A DNA stretch of 63,902 nt, filler included, from Octopus bimaculoides (GCF_001194135.2; 6 parts of 6 records of this genome joined end to end with filler, not necessarily neighbours in it), one strand, 5' to 3'; counted from the first letter of the whole stretch, positions 12,315 to 24,997 are shown. Numbers and translations are program-made. The notes: generated by a model not told the origin, from the sequence alone.

Positions 12315-13420
12315 TGAATTTCATTCTTGCCCATCCTATTAGTTCATCCAACTGCTCTAACGTTCCCTCTGCTGCTTCTCTACTTTCCGATAGTAGAGTG
12401 ATGTCGTCCATAAAAGCCCGTAATGGTGTCTTTATAGCAGCTTTCTCACAGTTTGTTGACCTTAGTAACATCTCCATGACTAGCACGAATAAGATGACTG
12501 ATATCGTGCATCCGGCTGCAATACCTACTTCTAGCTGTTGCCACTCCGTTGTGAACTCTCCTGCTGTAAATCTCATCCTTATGTTGTCGTAGTAGGACAT
12601 GAGCATTCGTTGAACATCTTTTGGAATCCAAAAGAAGTCCATCACTGCTCTGATTACCGCATGTGGAACAGATCCATATGCATTGGCAAGATCTAGCCAA
12701 ACAATGTGCAGGTTTTTCTTCAGTAGTTTTGCACAGGTGATAGCTTCCCAGATGGCAAATGCGTGTTTTATGCACCCAGGGATTTCGGGGATTCTTGCTT
12801 TTTGGATTGCTTCATTAACGTACCCATTATGCTGTACGAATCCTATGATTCGTCTAGCAATGATTCCAAACATGATTTTCCTGTCAGTATTTAATAATGA
12901 AATTGGTCTAAATTGTCCTAGTGTTTTTGCATCTTTCTCTTTAGGTAAATAGNNNNNNNNNNCTCTCTCTTTTCTTCTGTTCTTCCTTCTTTCTTTTCTC
13001 AGTAGTTCTCGATGCCTCTTTTTTATCTCTTCATATAGCTGCTTTAGCCCTTCGCTTTCCTCCTCCTTTGCATCCCTCCATCTGGTTCTGAGTTTTTTCT
13101 TCTCTTCTCGAATCTTTGCAATCCATCTATCTCTCCTCGATGGTCCGCTCTTTGCCGGTGATTCTACCTTTCCTGTTGTTTCCAATCCAAATCTTTTCTC
13201 TCCTTCCTGGTAGATTGTATAAGCCAGGTTCTCGAGCTTTTGTTCGTCGTTGCCTTTGAATTTGGTGGTCATTCTTGATACCTCGTTGTCGAATTTTTTA
13301 TAACTTGCTGCGTCATTTGCTTTCGGCCACTTAATCTTTGTCTTCTTCACGCCTATCACTGTTTGTGACTGTTCTAATTCAACTGTGGAATGTCCCTCGC
13401 TGTGGTTATTTTCCCGGAGG
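12315..13420 (-). mobile_element. Non-LTR retrotransposon reverse transcriptase fragment, Hero-like (RLE type)
   Basis: ORF 12259-13359: FRPISLLN, WLDLANAYGSVPH, GIAAGCTISVILF, FMDD, WARMKF. The 10-N gap at 12953 joins non-adjacent parts; 3' part lost in a gap. Confidence 0.85.
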
Positions 13421-14336
13421 TTCTGGCCACATATAAGAACATTCAGCTAATGGTGACAATGTTTATGCCCCACATAAAAAAAGCGTTTGGCAACTTGGTA
13501 ATTACTGTATATAGTTAAGTACAAGCTAACATAGTGAAAGCCTCACCAATTGTTTTATTCAATTAAATCTACATCCAAACTGAAAAAAAATGAAAAATAA
13601 AAAATAATTAGCATTCTTGAGAATGCTTACTAAAGGGAGACGACTCCGAAATAAATTAATGACAACCGGGATAGACTGTTAGTTAAGTACGATGACAATC
13701 TCAGACATGCTTCAGCGTTATTTGACTTCAGGAGAGCAGTCTTGCACTAACCAAACCTTACAATAACTTTGAGAGGAAGAAGAGCTTTTAGTGAAAAATA
13801 TTCGCTGATAAGGCAATTTAAAATAACAAGGGAGGCTTTCTGCATGAAAACATAAGCTAGTGCAATGTAGTTAGCCCAAAATAAATATCCTGGAGAAATT
13901 TTCACTCTTATTTTAAATTACCTAATGAATATTTTTCATTTAAAGTCTTTTATTCCTCTAAAAAAATTACTTCCATAGCAATTCATCCAATATTGTTCAG
14001 CAACAATGGACAATCTATATCTTCAGTTGCTTTTATTCACAATGTCATCAATATTTGTCTCATCCTATAGTAAATTGTATTGTTCCCAGTTTATGTTGGC
14101 ATTAAGCAAATTTTTAAAGCTCTCTTCTCTACTATTGACACTGTTCTATACATTCAGCTATTTCTTCCCAGTTACCATCTTTCTTTATGAAAATTAAAAA
14201 ATTTTAAAACCCTTTTGATACTGCCCTCGGTCCATGATACAAACTTTCTATTAAGTAATTTAAATTATAATAGAAATATTAATACTTCTAAGTCTCTCTA
14301 AAGGAGACTATGGCAGCAGTACTGGATATTAGTAGT

Positions 14337-14550
14337 TATCGCCAAGCTAACATGGCAGACCAGGAAAATAGGACAAATGCTGCCATTGATTAGCTCCAAG
14401 GGAAGGTCAGCAGCCGACCTCCCCTGTTCAAAGGTTATAATGGACACAGGTTCGTGTGTCACATAGCTAGCTAGAGGCAATGGCCTCTTGGAGCTAATCA
14501 ATGGCAGCATTTGTCCTATTTTCCTGGACTGCCATGTTAGCTTGGCGATA
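14337..14550. repeat. Foldback / MITE with 64-bp arms
   Basis: 14337-14400 is the reverse complement of 14487-14550 with one mismatch; 86-bp spacer. Confidence 0.9.
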
Positions 14551-15393
14551 TCTATTAAATTATAATGTTCTCTCACAAAACCATGCTAATTAATGTTCCA
14601 AATCCCAGCTTAATGACAATCATTTTATTTAATTATTTTCAAAATTTATTGAAATTAAGTGTATTTTAAGGGTTAATGTATTCTACAGTGTTCATGAATT
14701 ATCTTTACAACCTCCAGAATTTATTGTATTAATTGAGATGTGTTGCCTGCAGCTAATAGAGCTCACATGCAAGTGTTCTGAAGTTTCTATTAAAAGTTTG
14801 TTTGCTGATAAAGCTGCTGAGTTATCCTTCATACTCATTTTTTTAAATTGTAAAGGTCATTTACGGACACCTTGTATAAGACAGTCTGTCAAGGAAATGG
14901 TCTTGCAATCTGTCCTCTGCATTGTTTAATTCCTTTCATTTTCTTTTTTAATCTAACCTGATGCATAGACACAGGAGTGGCTGTAAGGTTAAGAAGTTCC
15001 CAACTATGTGGTTTTGGACTCAGTCCTGTTTTGTGGGACTCTTTACAAAAATACCTTACACTACTACCTCTGGCTGACTACAACTTTGAGAGTAAATTTG
15101 GTAAACAGAAGTTTGTATATGTGTGCACTATCATGATCACTATCAGTTTTCACATCCTCTCTTCCACACTTGCATAGGTTGGACAGAGTCAATTGAGGCA
15201 GATTTTCTACAACTGGAGGCTCCTCTTGTCCTTTTACACATGTTTCCAAGTAAGGTAATATTTAAAATGAAGATGATAGTCAGCCAGGAAAGAACAGAGT
15301 TAATCCTTATGCAGGACACTTAAAACTTGGTTACAAGCTAAATTGAAAATAATGGCATCCTGTTTATTATTTTACTAAAGCCATATTTCTTAA

Positions 15394-15607
15394 CCCTTTA
15401 GTGTTCAGATTATGTCGTTAAACATAATGCTTATTCATTAATAGTCTTGAATTAATCATGCATTATCTCATAGCTTTGAGATTTTGATGATATGTTTATT
15501 TTTCAAATGACATTTTAGTGTAGGTGCGAGAGGCCAGATCTGGCCATTTTGAACATAAAACAAATAGAATATATGGGCTGGATATGACCAGTTTAAATGC
15601 TAATGGG
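15394..15607 (-). mobile_element. Second copy of the same TTAA-flanked MITE
   Basis: Reverse complement matches 6686-6906 (cattagcatttaaactggtcatatccagccc...ggccagatctggc); TTAA at 15390-15393 and 15608-15611. Confidence 0.8.
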
Positions 15608-15726
15608 TTAATGTCAGGCAAGGAAATCTAAGTATTTAATACACGTGGAACAATGAGCAAATGGCTTGATTTCACTTGTAAACTATCTTCTAAACAGAAA
15701 TATTGAAATATGTTGCAAAGTGTATA

Positions 15727-17340
15727 AAGGGTGTCCCATAATTAAGACAACCAACTGTTTTCAATTTTCTCAAAGCAAAATATTGTTATATTTCAGGTCC
15801 AAGCTTTGAAATGCAATGGTAAAGGGAACACAATTATGATACTACCACATTTTTTCAATATGACCACGACTGTTTCAAATCACAGCCTTAAGTCTCGGTG
15901 CGAATGCTTCACATGTGGCACGCAGCTGTTCTTGTAGAATTGAAGCCCATTCCTGGCACACTTTTTTGCCTTCAGACCATCAAGCGAAGCATGAGAAGTG
16001 CTCAAGACACCCGTCTCCAAAATGGACCAAACAGAAAAATCCACTGGGTCGGGATTGGGGCTTATTGAGGGCCATACATCCTTGCCTATGAATGACAGAT
16101 TGTTTTTCTGAATCCAGTGTTGTCTGTTTGAAGCTGTGGAATGGGGTCAAGTCTTGCTGGAGGCTCCAAAGTGTGCCTTGAAAGTGCTCCTTCACCATGG
16201 AAGCAGTTCAGCTTCCAGAATGTTGCTAATGAAGGCGGCGAGCTGGAAGAATTGTTAGCGCGTCGGGCGAAATGCTTAGCGGTATTTTGTCTGCCGTTAC
16301 GTTCTGAGTTCAAATTCCGCCAAGGTCGACTTTGCCTTTCATCCTTTCGGGGTCGATAAATTAAGTACCAGTTACGCACTGGAGTCGATGTAATCAACTT
16401 AATACCGCTGTCTGTCCTTGTTTGTCTCCTCTATGTTTAGCCCCTTGTGGGCAATAAAGAAATAAGAATGTTGCTAATGTATTGCTGGGTGTTAATTTTA
16501 ACACCAGACAGTACAAAAACAAGGGGAGACCTTCCAGTGGCTGTCACAGCTGCCCAAACCATAACTGACTGGAGTTTGACATTGATGTAGGGGTCTACCC
16601 TCGATGGAGCCAGATACACTCCAAAGTCAGTCATTCTGGTAGTTTAATGTGTGTTCAATGTCAAATTTCTTTTTATCTGTGTGCACCAGCTTGGGCAGCA
16701 TGCCTTCAGCAATTTGATGCAGGATAAGATGATCTCTCCAGTCTCATGGCCTTATAAACTTGCATGAACTCATGACAGCAGATCATCTTGTAAGGGTGGG
16801 TCCTGAGATCCTCCTTCAGCACTTGATACGTTGTTTGGCTTATTTTTGTTGTGGCAGCCAGTTTTCTGGCTGCCACATCTTTTCTCTGGTACTTTCGATA
16901 AACTGAGGGAACCACACTCTTTTTTTTCGGCCACGCCCAGGTAATCAGCAGTGGAACTAGTCTCTTGAAATTTCCTGACAACTTTCCAGACTGCTGTTCA
17001 GTTAATTTTAAGCTTTTTTTGCTATAGATGTATTACTATCGCCTCCTTTGTGGAGGGTCATGACTGTATTTAGGCACTGACAACCCTTTTCAACTAGTGG
17101 ACTGCATGAAACATGGTTCATCATCAGGCTAGTTGTACTAAAAGAATTTGAGGTAATTTTGTTGGGTGTGCCATTCAGTGTATTGAGGGTCACAGGTTAC
17201 CCAAGACTGAATCTGAATTTATTTAGTCTGAAACAAAAAGAAGACACACTAAGCTTTTATAAGGATGTATAATTTTTATATCTTATATACCGATAGTTAT
17301 TAAAGCCCGAAACCTCAGTTGCCTTAATTTTGGGACACTG
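15727..17340 (-). mobile_element. Decayed Tc1/mariner DNA transposon with TIRs (maT/DD37D-like)
   Basis: TIRs gggtgtcccataattaagacaac / gttgccttaattttgggacactg flanked by TA; fragments VMVWAAVTATGRSPLVFVLSGVKINTQQYISNIL and VKEHFQGTLWSLQQD. Confidence 0.85.
16232..16464 (+). mobile_element. Young SINE inserted in the Tc1/mariner element, 15-bp TSD
   Basis: ggcggcgagctgg...ttctgagttcaaattccgcc...gggcaataaagaaata; TSD AGAATGTTGCTAATG at 16217-16231 and 16465-16479. Confidence 0.85.
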
Positions 17341-17502
17341 TACATACATAGAAAAAATTTCAAACTCTCTGCAACATCCTACTCATAACAACTACCTGTT
17401 CTTGCCTGAAATATGCACTATGCTTCTGCCACTCATTACACCAAACCGTAGGAAATGAACTTTTCTTGTTTGTAAATTAAGTTATTGAAAAGATGTTGTT
17501 AG

Positions 17503-17872
17503 GCGTAGGAGTGGCTGTGTGGTAAGTAGCTTGCTTNNNNNNNNNNNNNNNNNNNNNNNNNNNNNNNNNNNNNNNNNNNNNNNNNNNNNNNNNNNNNNNN
17601 NNNNNNNNNNNNNNNNNNNNNNNNNNNNNNNNNNNNNNNNNNNNNNNNNNNNNNNNNNNNNNNNNNNNNNNNNNNNNNNNNNNNTGACACGTAAAAGCAC
17701 CCACTACACTCTCTGAGTGGTTGGCGTTAGGAAGGGCATCCAGCTGTAGAAACTCTGCCAAATCAGACTGGAGCCTGGTGTTGCCATCCGGTTTCACCAG
17801 TCCTCAGTCAAATCGTCCAACCCATGCTAGCATGGAAAGCGGACGTTAAACGATGATGATGATGATGATGAT
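17503..17872 (+). mobile_element. RTE-tailed tRNA-headed SINE spanning an N gap
   Basis: Head ggagtggctgtgtggtaagtagcttgc; tail catggaaagcggacgttaaacgatgatgat; 3' part nearly identical to 1243-1436. Confidence 0.8.
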
Positions 17873-17879
17873 GTATGTG

Positions 17880-18830
17880 TGTATGTGTTTGTCCCCCCAA
17901 CATCACTTGACAACCGATGGTGGTGTGTTTATGTCCCCGTAACTTAGCAGTTCGGCAAAAGAGACCAATAGAATAAGTACTAGGCTTACAAAGAATAAGT
18001 CCTGGGGTCAATTTGCTCGACTAAAGGCGGTGCTCCAGTATGGCCACAGTCAAAAGACTGAAACAAGTAAAAGAGTGGATACAAGTAATTAAGAAATGCA
18101 TTCAATTCAAATATATGCTTGTTACAATTGGCCTGTGTGACTAAGAAGTTTGTTTCCCAACCATATGGTTCTAGATTCATTATCACAGTGTGGTACGTTG
18201 CACAAGTATGTTTTACTCTAACCCCAGGTCAAAGTCTCAGAAGAGGATTTGGTAGACGGAAACTGAAAGAAGCCCATCATATATGTGGGTATGTATGTTT
18301 ATGTGTGTCTCCTTATCTTGTCATACATTTCTAATATTCTGCAAAAGCATGTCAGGCCTTGCTTGGAAACAGGTAAGAGTTGTCAATAGGAAGACTACTG
18401 AACCATAAATGTGGCTCAATAAACTGTCCAATGCATGGAAAAGTAGATGTTAAAACAATGACAATCATGATGCTTCTAATAAAACTCCAGGTTTTTTTAC
18501 AGCAGCCCCACCTCCCACTCTCTATATATCCCTTTGTTTGTTTCAGTCACTTGACTGTAGTCATGCTGGAGCACCGTGTTTAGTTGAACAAATCGACCCA
18601 GGACTTATTCTATTGGTCTCTTTTGCAGAACCGCAAAGTTATGGGGATGTAAACACCAACATCAATTGTTAAATGATAGTCGGGGGACAAACACAGACAC
18701 AAATGGTATATGATGGGCTTCTTTCAGTTTCCGTCTAGCAAATCCACTCACAAAGCTTTGGTTGGTCCGAGGCTATAGTAGAAGACACTTGCCCACGGTG
18801 TCACACAGTAGGACTGAACCCTATATAAAT
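17880..18830. mobile_element. Cluster of third-family SINE fragments (both strands)
   Basis: Family motifs ggccatgctggagcacc / gaacaaatcgaccc / gggcttctttcagtttccgtctaccaaatccactcacaag recur here and at 4120-4330, 22900-23040, 26150-26350, 32255-32458, 54350-54670, 56975-57387. Confidence 0.65.
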
Positions 18831-18878
18831 ATATATATATTTTAAATACAGACATCTCTTACCAAGAGGAATGAATGC

Positions 18879-18884
18879 TTTATT
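18879..18884 (-). terminator. Candidate polyadenylation signal (AATAAA) of eIF3L
   Basis: TTTATT on + about 245 nt past the stop codon at 19129. Confidence 0.5.
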
Positions 18885-19128
18885 GCTTCTGACTAAAAAA
18901 AGCATTAAAAAAAAGTGAACCAGAAAATAAACAGTATTGTTACAAGATGCTATTTTAATGGAGAAATCTGTAAGCTTTAAACAATTTTTACATAATTTTT
19001 TGACATTGAAAATGACATTACATTATGTAAGACTATGATCTCCAATAACAGATCATGTAATTCGAGGATTCACAGTAAAATTAGAGGCACGTGTACTCTT
19101 TATAGCAGTTTATCCAACAAACCATATT

Positions 19129-19170
19129 TTAAAAAGTTGAGTTTGAGATATATTTCATTGTGTCTATCAC
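19129..19170 (-). CDS. EIF3L: Probable terminal coding exon of eIF3L (VIDTMKYISNSTF*)
   Basis: Strong ttttattcttttcAG acceptor, phase 0; VIDTMKYI loosely matches human LNRTLKKM (T-L/M-K); followed by an AT-rich 3' UTR with AATAAA. Confidence 0.65.
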   Translation of the reverse strand: MIDTMKYISNSTF

Positions 19171-19406
19171 CTGAAAAGAATAAAAGTAAACAAATGAAAA
19201 TATTAATATAACAAGGAAAGGTATATATGTGCGTGTGTGTATATATATATATCTACACACACACACACACACACAAACATACAAATCCAAACTAGAGTTA
19301 GCAACTAACCATAAGTTATATGGTAACTTCCTGCCACAGACTGCTTGAAGTTTACAAACTTCTTACACTTGGATCCCTTGACCTTACCCTTGTATGTATG
19401 TATGTA

Positions 19407-19462
<56 letters not shown>

Positions 19463-19734
19463 AATATATATATAATGTCACATTGGAAACAGCTAGAAAA
19501 TGGTGAAATTATTTAAAAGGAAAAATTCTGCAATAAAATTTTCCAAACCTTTTGTTATTGTTTTACCTTATCTTGCATATCTATGATTTAAATATTTTAA
19601 CATATGACCATCCAAACTTTTTCTTTTCAGATATAATGTATGTTGGACTATAATATCTAATGCGCCCTTTCTTCTCCTTTGCTGGCTAGAAACAAAATCT
19701 GTGAGATAGTGGACTACATTCATCTCTTCTTCAT

Positions 19735-19990
19735 CACCATCCTCTTCCTTTAGCGTCGATTTTCCATGCTGACATGGGCTGGACAGTTTGACCAGAGCTG
19801 GCAAGGTAGAGATCTGTAACAAGTTCTAGTCTGGTTTGGCTTGGTTTCTATGGCTAGATGCCCTTCCTAGCACCAAGCACATTATAGTGTGCACTGGGTG
19901 CTCTTAATGTGGTACTATCACAAGTGCTGTTTATGTGATACCTGAACATGACTCTTGTAGGCCAATCCTCTTCACCAGGAGGAATGGCCG
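19735..19990 (-). mobile_element. Diverged RTE-tailed SINE in the last eIF3L intron
   Basis: Reverse complement contains cccatgtcagcatggaaatcgacgctaaaggaagaggatggtgatga, a variant of the family tail. Confidence 0.6.
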
Positions 19991-21351
19991 TAACTTTTGC
20001 TGTGGAGGATGAGTCTTCTTGAACTTTCATCTTACTATAATGGGTGTTATGTCAGTCTGTCTGTCCCCTCTTCAAGGTCAAATAGCTTGACCAATGGTCC
20101 CAATGTTTTTGGGGATTATGGAGGAGGTTATCAGGAAGACTTTTTAGAAAACCTTTGATTTTTTTTTTTTGTTAAATTCCAGCGACAAAGATTAACTCTA
20201 GATTTCCCCACCATATAGTTCATGAATTTAGAGGGTTTAGATTTGCAATATTATTCCTTTATTTCCCATTGTAGACGGGCAGATTTGCTATCTTACTATA
20301 ATGGGCGTTATGTCTATCTCTTTGTCTGTTCCCTCTTCATGGCCAGACAGCTGGACCAATGGTTATGATATTTTCAGGATTATAAAGACAGTAGTCAGGA
20401 AGGTTTTTAGCATTAAAAAATCAGAAAGTATGATTATTTCATGGATATCAATTTTTGAACTGATAAACCACCTTCGCATTTTTATTAAAAATTCAATGAC
20501 CAAGAGTAACTCTGGATTTTCATTGTATAGTTTGTGGCCCCATTGTAGATATGAAGGGGGGTCACGAGGGGGACAGTTAACAGTGAAAATAAAATGGAAA
20601 AAGTGTGTTGATTATTTAGTGGTTATTGAAGTGTGTCAGCCTCAAGCAGGATTCATAACAGCTAATCGAAGCAGTTGTTTACATCTCAGTTTTGTCAATC
20701 GAAATAACCCATGGTACCAGAACATCCAGACATTATTCACATAGAACAGGGAGGGGTAAGTCTTAGTTTGATTTTTTTGCAACCCTAAGATTCCACTTGC
20801 ACGTGTATTTTTGCCCACTCCGATGTTTACACACCGCCAATTATACACTGCTATGAGTAGAGCAACATACTCCAGTAATTTGAAAATTAGTGTCAACCAA
20901 GCAGAAAATATCGTCTACAAAGAAGTTTTGTAATCATATTGATATTATCAAAAGGATTTATGATTCATAATTTAAATAATGAAATCTGTAAACTGTGAAT
21001 GTATAACAGTATAAACAAGCATAGAATAATGTAAACAACTAAAAATTATATCTAAATAACACTTTTTTTCTTAATATTTATTGTGCAGTGGTTGAAGGAA
21101 GCTCTGGCTTTCGTTAGGAGGGGTCCACATACTCATTCAAGATACAGAGACTGAAAACAGCAGTAGAAGTGATGGTTTCACGGACAGCAATTTTTGTACT
21201 CAACTAGTACTTTTGACCACAAAAGGATGAAAGGCAAAGCTGACATAAAATCCCAGAATTACTGCTAAACATTTTGCTAATGATTCTACCAGCTTGCCCA
21301 AGAATAATAGAACATGGAAAAAAAAAAAAAATCACTGAAAATTGCACTTAC

Positions 21352-21432
21352 CTCTTGGAATCTATGGATTTGGCGGATGAAATAGTCACCATAACGATTG
21401 GCTACCTTTGTGTCAGCTACATGGATCATGTC
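21352..21432 (-). CDS. EIF3L: eIF3 subunit L penultimate coding exon (81 nt, DMIHVADTKVANRYGDYFIRQIHRFQE)
   Basis: Matches the eIF3L C-terminal signature [27 protein letters not shown]; tttttcctattattAG acceptor, GAG|GTAAGT donor. Confidence 0.95.
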
Positions 21433-22642
21433 CTAATAATAGGAAAAACAAAGCAAAATCTTTGTCAGCTGGGTTAGGTGGGAATATAGCAAAACACAAA
21501 AATCATCATCGAATTTAAAATTTAGAAAGAATTATCATGCCAAATATAAGAATTATTACAAATAACACTGAAATGGTAGAGGAGTGATCAGAACTAGAAG
21601 AGCTTCAGACTTAATATCTAATGGTATTTAAAGTTCAAATACCATCAAAATGGTCTTAACCATTAACCTGTTTGGAGGTCATTAAAATTAGTACAAAGCA
21701 TGTAAACTCATTAGAACTATTGCTTTATTAACAACTGGGTTTCTGGAAATCACCTCCAGAGTTCCCTGTGAATTGAAGCCTTATAGATTAAAAAGATTTT
21801 TTTTTTCTCTTACCAGTTGGAAAACAGAGATATTATTAGTCAGTAGTGTCAACTGTCTAAACCAGGGACAGCAAAATGGTCAATATTGACTTTTGAGTGT
21901 GTGTGTGTGTGTGATTTTTGAGCACTGAGTGAGTTCAATCATTAGCAAACTGAATCTGGAAGAGCATAGTAATTTAAGGCTAAAACTCAGTAATTTCTAG
22001 CAAAATATCAATGCAATAATTAGTAATCACTAAACGCATTTCACCTTAAATATTCCCACTATACCAATATAGGACTGAATTTTTATTGTTCTAATACAAT
22101 TTTGCTTAAGTATTTTCATTTGATTTCTGTAAATATTTATTAAAAAAATGGTAATGACAAAAAAGAATGAAGGAAATATTATTAACTATACTATTTTATT
22201 TTATTTTAGAAATTTACATAGAGTGTGGGTGTAATCAGTTATTCCAATGATATAAGAAGTTTTCCACACCCACTCTCTAAACTATCAGTGTAAGTTTGTA
22301 TAATAAATCACTTCACACACAGTGGAGCAATTCATGAAATTGTATTGGCTTCACAAGTTTGATTATAAACATCTGCTAATATCATATAAACTAAGAGTGA
22401 AAAGAGTTATATCTGGTTGGTTCACAATTAGAATACAGAAATATCTACGCCATTGGGGTTATTTACTCAATTTTCTGGCATCAATCACATTGAATACTAT
22501 TGGAAGCACTAACATATCATAAAATAAAAGGATATTTTATTTATTGTTATCAACCAGATGGCTTGCTGCACCAACAAAAACACACATTACCATCAACCTG
22601 GAAGGTAACTGAAAATGAAGAGCATTTAAAATTCTGTCATAC

Positions 22643-22735
22643 CCGATTAATGTAGAAATCTAGTTCTGAAGTGGACTGAAATTCACCATCAAGACCACTG
22701 GTGCCTTTTGTCCAAACCAAATTCTTCATTTTGTG
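22643..22735 (-). CDS. EIF3L: eIF3 subunit L exon (93 nt, [31 protein letters not shown])
   Basis: Very close to recalled eIF3[32 protein letters not shown]; atttgtAG acceptor, CGG|GTATGA donor. Confidence 0.95.
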
Positions 22736-23044
22736 CTACAAATAAAAGTTTAACAAAAAAAATTGTATATGAAAACAATTTTTAAAAATTAACTTTAAAA
22801 AACAAAACAGAAATTACAGAAATAATCTTGAAATTTTAAATATTTAATTTGATCTATAAAACAGTTATTTAAAAAGAGTATACAGTTATTATAGTCACAA
22901 AATGGCAATGTGTTTGAGAAGTTTGTTTCCCAACAATATGGCATGTTGGGCAAACGTCTTCTACTAGAGCTACAGGCTGATCAAAGTCTTATGAGTGGAT
23001 TCGGTAGAGAGAAACTCAAAAAGCCTGTTGTGTGTCTGTGTGTT

Positions 23045-23076
<32 letters not shown>

Positions 23077-24278
23077 GGGTCATCCTGTAAATAATGTGGT
23101 TTTTTTCAATTGTATGGTCGGAGGGAGACAGAATAAACTACCTGCATTAACTTGCTATAAAAGCAGGTAGTAATTTTACCTTGTTCTTAAGTTTTGAAGA
23201 GTCAGTTCAATTTTAAGTTATTTTTTCAAAGCTATAATGGAAGTGACAAAGGAACATATTTGGCATATTTTGCTTTATGAGTTCAATAAAGGCAACAACA
23301 CAACAGGAAGTGCAAGGAATATTTATGCAGTATATGGGGATCAGATAACAAGCATAAACTAGTGTTGACGGTGGTTCCAGAAATTTCAAGCTGGAAATTA
23401 CAGCCTAGAAAGCGAGCCCTATGCTGGAAGATCCGTAGAGTTCAACAAGGACATCCAGCAAACTTTGGTGGAACAAAACCCCATTGTAACTGTTGAGGAA
23501 CTAGCAGAGAAGCTTGGATTTAGTCATTCAACCATTTGACACCTGTGTGTCGTTGGTAAAGTCAGCAAATTGGGTCAATGGTTTCCTCACGAACATTTCG
23601 AGTATAATCCTGTGCAGAGAGTGAATGTGTGCTTTTTTTTGCTGTCATATCCAATAGATCAAATAGTGACTGGTGATGAAAAAATGGGTTCTCTATAAAA
23701 ATATCAAGCGCTGAAGACAGTGGGTAGAGAAAGGAGAAACATTGGCACCCCAGGCTAAAGACGGTCTTCACCCACGTAAGGTGTTATCTGTTTGGTGGAA
23801 TATGAAAGGTTTAGTCCACTTTGAACTTCTAAACCCAAACAAAACAATAACAAAGGAGTTCTACTGTGAGCAGCTTGAGTGGCTTAAGTCAGCGCTAGAA
23901 GAAAAATGACATCCTTTGGTTTCAAGATGAAAGGTGTTCTTCCATCAGTATAATGCTTGGCCACATACAGTGAAGATGACATTCCAAAGGCTGGAGCAGT
24001 TCGAATGGGAAACGATGCCCCACCCACCATATATGCCAAATATTGCCTCATCTGATTATCATTTATTCTGCAGTCTTCAAAATCATTTCGATGGGAAAAA
24101 CATGAATTCTATAGATGAGGTCAGAAAAGTACTTTTCATCAGGGACAAGTGAATTTTGAAAGATGGAAGAGCATTGTAGAAAATGAAGGAGAGTATATTT
24201 CAGATTAAAAAAGAAATTTGCTTATCTTAATTAAAAAAAATAAAAGTATAAAAAAACTGCATTATTTATGGGATGACC
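23077..24278 (+). mobile_element. Near full-length decayed mariner element in an eIF3L intron
   Basis: TA-flanked TIRs gggtcatcctgtaaataatg / cattatttatgggatgacc; ATG at 23237 (MEVTKEHIWHILLYEFNKG); later HQYNAWPH and PHPPYMPNIASSDYHLF motifs. Confidence 0.9.
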
Positions 24279-24958
24279 TAATGTGTGTGTATATATATAT
24301 ATATATATATTTGTATGTGTGTTCATCTATGTACATTTGTGTTTCCTTTGTTTCCACTGGTTTGTAAACAAAAAGCTCCTTAAAAAGCTTTGTTTGTTTC
24401 CAGTTCCCCCACACAAAACATGTCCAAGCTGTTAGCTGTTCAACAGACTGGGAAGTTATTACCTCACTTGGAAACAAGAGATGGGGTTGGGGGTGACAGG
24501 AAGGACATCTGGCCATAGGAAAACCCAACCTTAACATATCCTCATCGGATCCATGCAAGCATGGGAAAATAGACATTAAAACAATGAGTAACTATAGATG
24601 ATGATGATACTCCTTCATTTCCCTTTAGCTTAACAACATGATTTAACTTCAATTACAAGTAATACTTAATAGCAAAGCACAATGAACTTAAAATGGTGTT
24701 TCCTTAGTACTGTAGGTGAACACTGTTTTGGAAGTCCAGCTCTACTGGACCACTTTATCTATTTCCAATGCACATCAATATATTGTATACCAGTATACAG
24801 TACATCTATACAACAAATTAATTTCATCTATTACCAATACAAATAACTACTACATTGTTGACCACAAAATCGTTACTGAATCATTCCTATGAAATATAAT
24901 TAGACTGAAATTACTATTAAAAAAAAGGTTAAGCAATAAAATCCCCGAGGAATCTCAC

Positions 24959-24997
24959 CTTGAAACACATGAGCTGAGTGTGTAGTTCATGTTCAGA
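24959..24997 (-). CDS. EIF3L: eIF3 subunit L internal exon (39 nt, SEHELHTQLMCFK)
   Basis: tttttactttcAG acceptor, AAG|GTGAGA donor, phase 0/0; aligns with recalled human TEQEFRIQLLVFK and splices in frame to the next exon. Confidence 0.85.

Noticed and set aside
14767-14838. ATG-to-donor segment MSMKDNSAALSANKLLIETSEHLH on the minus strand
   Set aside because: No homology, and no in-frame downstream exon that gives a sensible protein.
20690-20760. Plus-strand segment with W...IQT and a GTAAGT donor as a possible ABHD2 exon 2
   Set aside because: Stop before the donor in the required frame, and motif spacing is wrong.
24690-24770. Two small hairpins in an eIF3L intron suggesting an H/ACA snoRNA
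   Set aside because: Too short, and the ACA lies inside the stem; no convincing C/D box pair in the eIF3L introns either.
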